Source: Candidatus Thalassarchaeaceae archaeon
Lineage (GTDB): Archaea > Thermoplasmatota > Poseidoniia > Poseidoniales > Thalassarchaeaceae
Assembly: GCA_034399535.1 (NCBI GenBank)
Contig: DASCSS010000018.1
Location: forward strand, 492-64,491
DNA: 64,000 bases
Direction of reading: 5' to 3'
Shown: positions 62,437 to 64,000 of the stretch, piece by piece
How the letters are laid out: every line of letters starts with the position of its first letter
Position numbering within the stretch: position 1 is the first letter of the stretch
The notes under the pieces: generated by a model
Seen by the model: only the letters and a program-made list of their open reading frames with translations
Databases searched by the model: none
What the model was told of the DNA's origin: nothing
Position numbers and translations under genes: made by a program

Positions 62437-64000
62437 ATGGGCGATGACTTCGGAAACATAGGCTTCTCTGGGACTCTCCGGCCCTCACAAGTAGCATCCT
62501 CCAGCGTGATCAAGAGTGAGCTGGCTTCGGGCTCCAAGGAGCTTCTCATCGTAGCACCCCCTGGTTCGGGAAAGACGGTCCTCGGCCTTTTCGTCTGGTC
62601 CGATCTGATTAGGGTGCCAACCCTAGTGCTAAGCCCCAACTCTGCTATCCAGGCCCAATGGGTGGAGAGGGCAAAGGAGCTGTTCCATCTTGATGGCAGG
62701 GAGGGGGATATCGGAACCGACCCCAAGAGCCCGGGAATCCTGACGTCTCTGACGTACCAATCGGTGACCCTCCCCCAAAGAGGGGGGGAAGATCTCGACG
62801 AATCCGCCATGGAGTTGTGGATCTCCGACCTGATGACGATGAGCCATGAGGGTTCGGTTGAAGCCGACGACAGGAAGAGTGCGCTGTCCTGGATCACTGA
62901 TCTGGAGGAGAAGAACCCAAACTACCACTCGGACAGGATGAGTCACTACCTGAAGAAGGCCAGGGACTCTCTATCCGAGCATGGGGAGGCTCTCGGAGTC
63001 CTTCATGAGTCGGCGAAGGACAATCTGACGAGACTCTCCAATGCAGGAATCGGACTGATCGTTCTCGACGAGTGCCATCACCTAATGGAGCACTGGGGGA
63101 AGGTCCTGATCGAAGCCAGGGAGTTCCTCGGAAACCCAATCGTCCTGGGATTAACTGCAACTCCGCCGGAAGGAGGGAGCGGGTCGTCCACCAATCGCTA
63201 CCTCGACCTATTCGGGGAAGTAGACTACGAAGTTCCGGTTCCCGCCCTAGTGAGGGACGGGAACCTAGCCCCATTCCAGGACCTGGCATACTTCGTCCGC
63301 CCCTCTCCGAGCGAGTTGGATTACATCGCGAATGTGGACGCGGAGTTCGAGGAGTTGGTCAAAAGCCTCAGAAAGGGCCCAGAGAATCGAAAAAACAGGA
63401 CCCCTAAGCTAGAAGTCTGGCTCGCCAGAGTCCTGGATGGACTGTCACTTCCCGGAGGCGGGGCCAAGGACTGGATTTCATTCAGACGAAGGGATCCTGC
63501 ACTAGCAGATGGGGCGAGGGCATACCTCGCATCGGGAGGACTGGGGCTTCCTGCGGGTGTCCCCGACCCCTCGGCCGAGCTAGTAGTAGCTGGAAACACC
63601 ATGGACACGTTGATCACGATACTTGACCGCTACATCCGGAATGGCCTGATGAGATCTGAGAACGAGGAGGATCACTCTCTAGCCGAGGATGCAAAGAAGA
63701 AGCTGCGGATGCTCGGAATCCAGATTACCCAGAATGGTGCTAGGGCCTGCGCTTCGCCAGTAGGGAGGGTGATGGCCTACGCCTCCGCTAAGTACGATGC
63801 CCTACGTGATATCCTGTCTGCAGAGATGCAGTCACTCGGCTCAGAAATAAGGGCCGTCATAGTGACTGACTTCGAGAAAACCTCGGCTACATCCTTGGTT
63901 GAGGGCGTACTGGATGAGGATGCTGGAGGTGCGGTCGCGGCCTATCGAGCAGTACTGGGGGCGGAGGAAACGGATAGGTTGGACCCCGTTCTGATGACCG
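62437..64000 (+). CDS. Superfamily 2 DEAD/DEAH (ResIII-like) helicase, N-terminal 521 aa; 3' end outside window
   Basis: Translated by hand from ATG 62437 with no stop through 64000. Motif I is APPGSGKT, Ia LVLSPNSAIQAQW, II LDECHH (63067-63081) and III GLTATP. The ORF is not in the supplied track, while its antisense shadow ORFs are. Confidence 0.8.
   Translation, partial: MGDDFGNIGFSGTLRPSQVASSSVIKSELASGSKELLIVAPPGSGKTVLGLFVWSDLIRVPTLVLSPNSAIQAQWVERAKELFHLDGREGDIGTDPKSPGILTSLTYQSVTLPQRGGEDLDESAMELWISDLMTMSHEGSVEADDRKSALSWITDLEEKNPNYHSDRMSHYLKKARDSLSEHGEALGVLHESAKDNLTRLSNAGIGLIVLDECHHLMEHWGKVLIEAREFLGNPIVLGLTATPPEGGSGSSTNRYLDLFGEVDYEVPVPALVRDGNLAPFQDLAYFVRPSPSELDYIANVDAEFEELVKSLRKGPENRKNRTPKLEVWLARVLDGLSLPGGGAKDWISFRRRDPALADGARAYLASGGLGLPAGVPDPSAELVVAGNTMDTLITILDRYIRNGLMRSENEEDHSLAEDAKKKLRMLGIQITQNGARACASPVGRVMAYASAKYDALRDILSAEMQSLGSEIRAVIVTDFEKTSATSLVEGVLDEDAGGAVAAYRAVLGAEETDRLDPVLMT

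Noticed and set aside
1-64000. CRISPR arrays, IS elements, integrases, prophage genes and rRNA genes.
   Set aside because: I saw no regularly spaced direct repeats and no transposase- or integrase-like ORFs (no DDE or tyrosine-recombinase patterns). I saw no rRNA-like conserved stretches on either strand.

Overview
The window is a gene-dense (about 92% coding) archaeal chromosome segment with no rRNA, CRISPR array, transposase or integrase. Archaeal information-processing and core genes are present: A-type ATP synthase atpC(partial)-F-A-B-D, fibrillarin plus Nop5, TFS, PCNA, Orc1/Cdc6 beside an AT-rich candidate origin, ABCE1 and tRNA-Gly(UCC). They are mixed with many bacterial-type metabolic genes: Fpg, class I FBP aldolase plus GlpX, SucCD, biotin carboxylase, GrpE, an aa3-type heme-copper oxidase, a NirK-like multicopper protein, beta-oxidation enzymes, a Rieske oxygenase and tandem squalene/phytoene synthases. 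This mosaic and roughly 50% GC suggest, by inference only, an aerobic heterotrophic planktonic euryarchaeote of the Marine Group II/III type. Items worth a second look, most interesting first:
1. A low-GC two-gene module at 29.3-32.4 kb: an 864-aa orphan protein with only an N-terminal winged helix, and a divergent 85-aa wHTH protein across an AT-rich spacer.
2. An adjacent 62% GC, roughly 300-nt structured non-coding RNA candidate.
3. A cytochrome oxidase subunit I with a roughly 215-aa N-terminal extension carrying a CxxCH motif.
4. A respiratory copper-protein cluster whose intergenic regions share a GAACATGTTC-like palindrome.
5. A long SF2 helicase ORF that runs off the 3' end and is missing from the supplied ORF track.
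6. A PPAT-DPCK (DUF359) fusion.
7. An M50 protease homologue that has lost HExxH.
8. A divergent TBP-fold protein in an operon with TatD.

Several ORF-track starts were moved to internal start codons where the long version overlaps a neighbouring gene.
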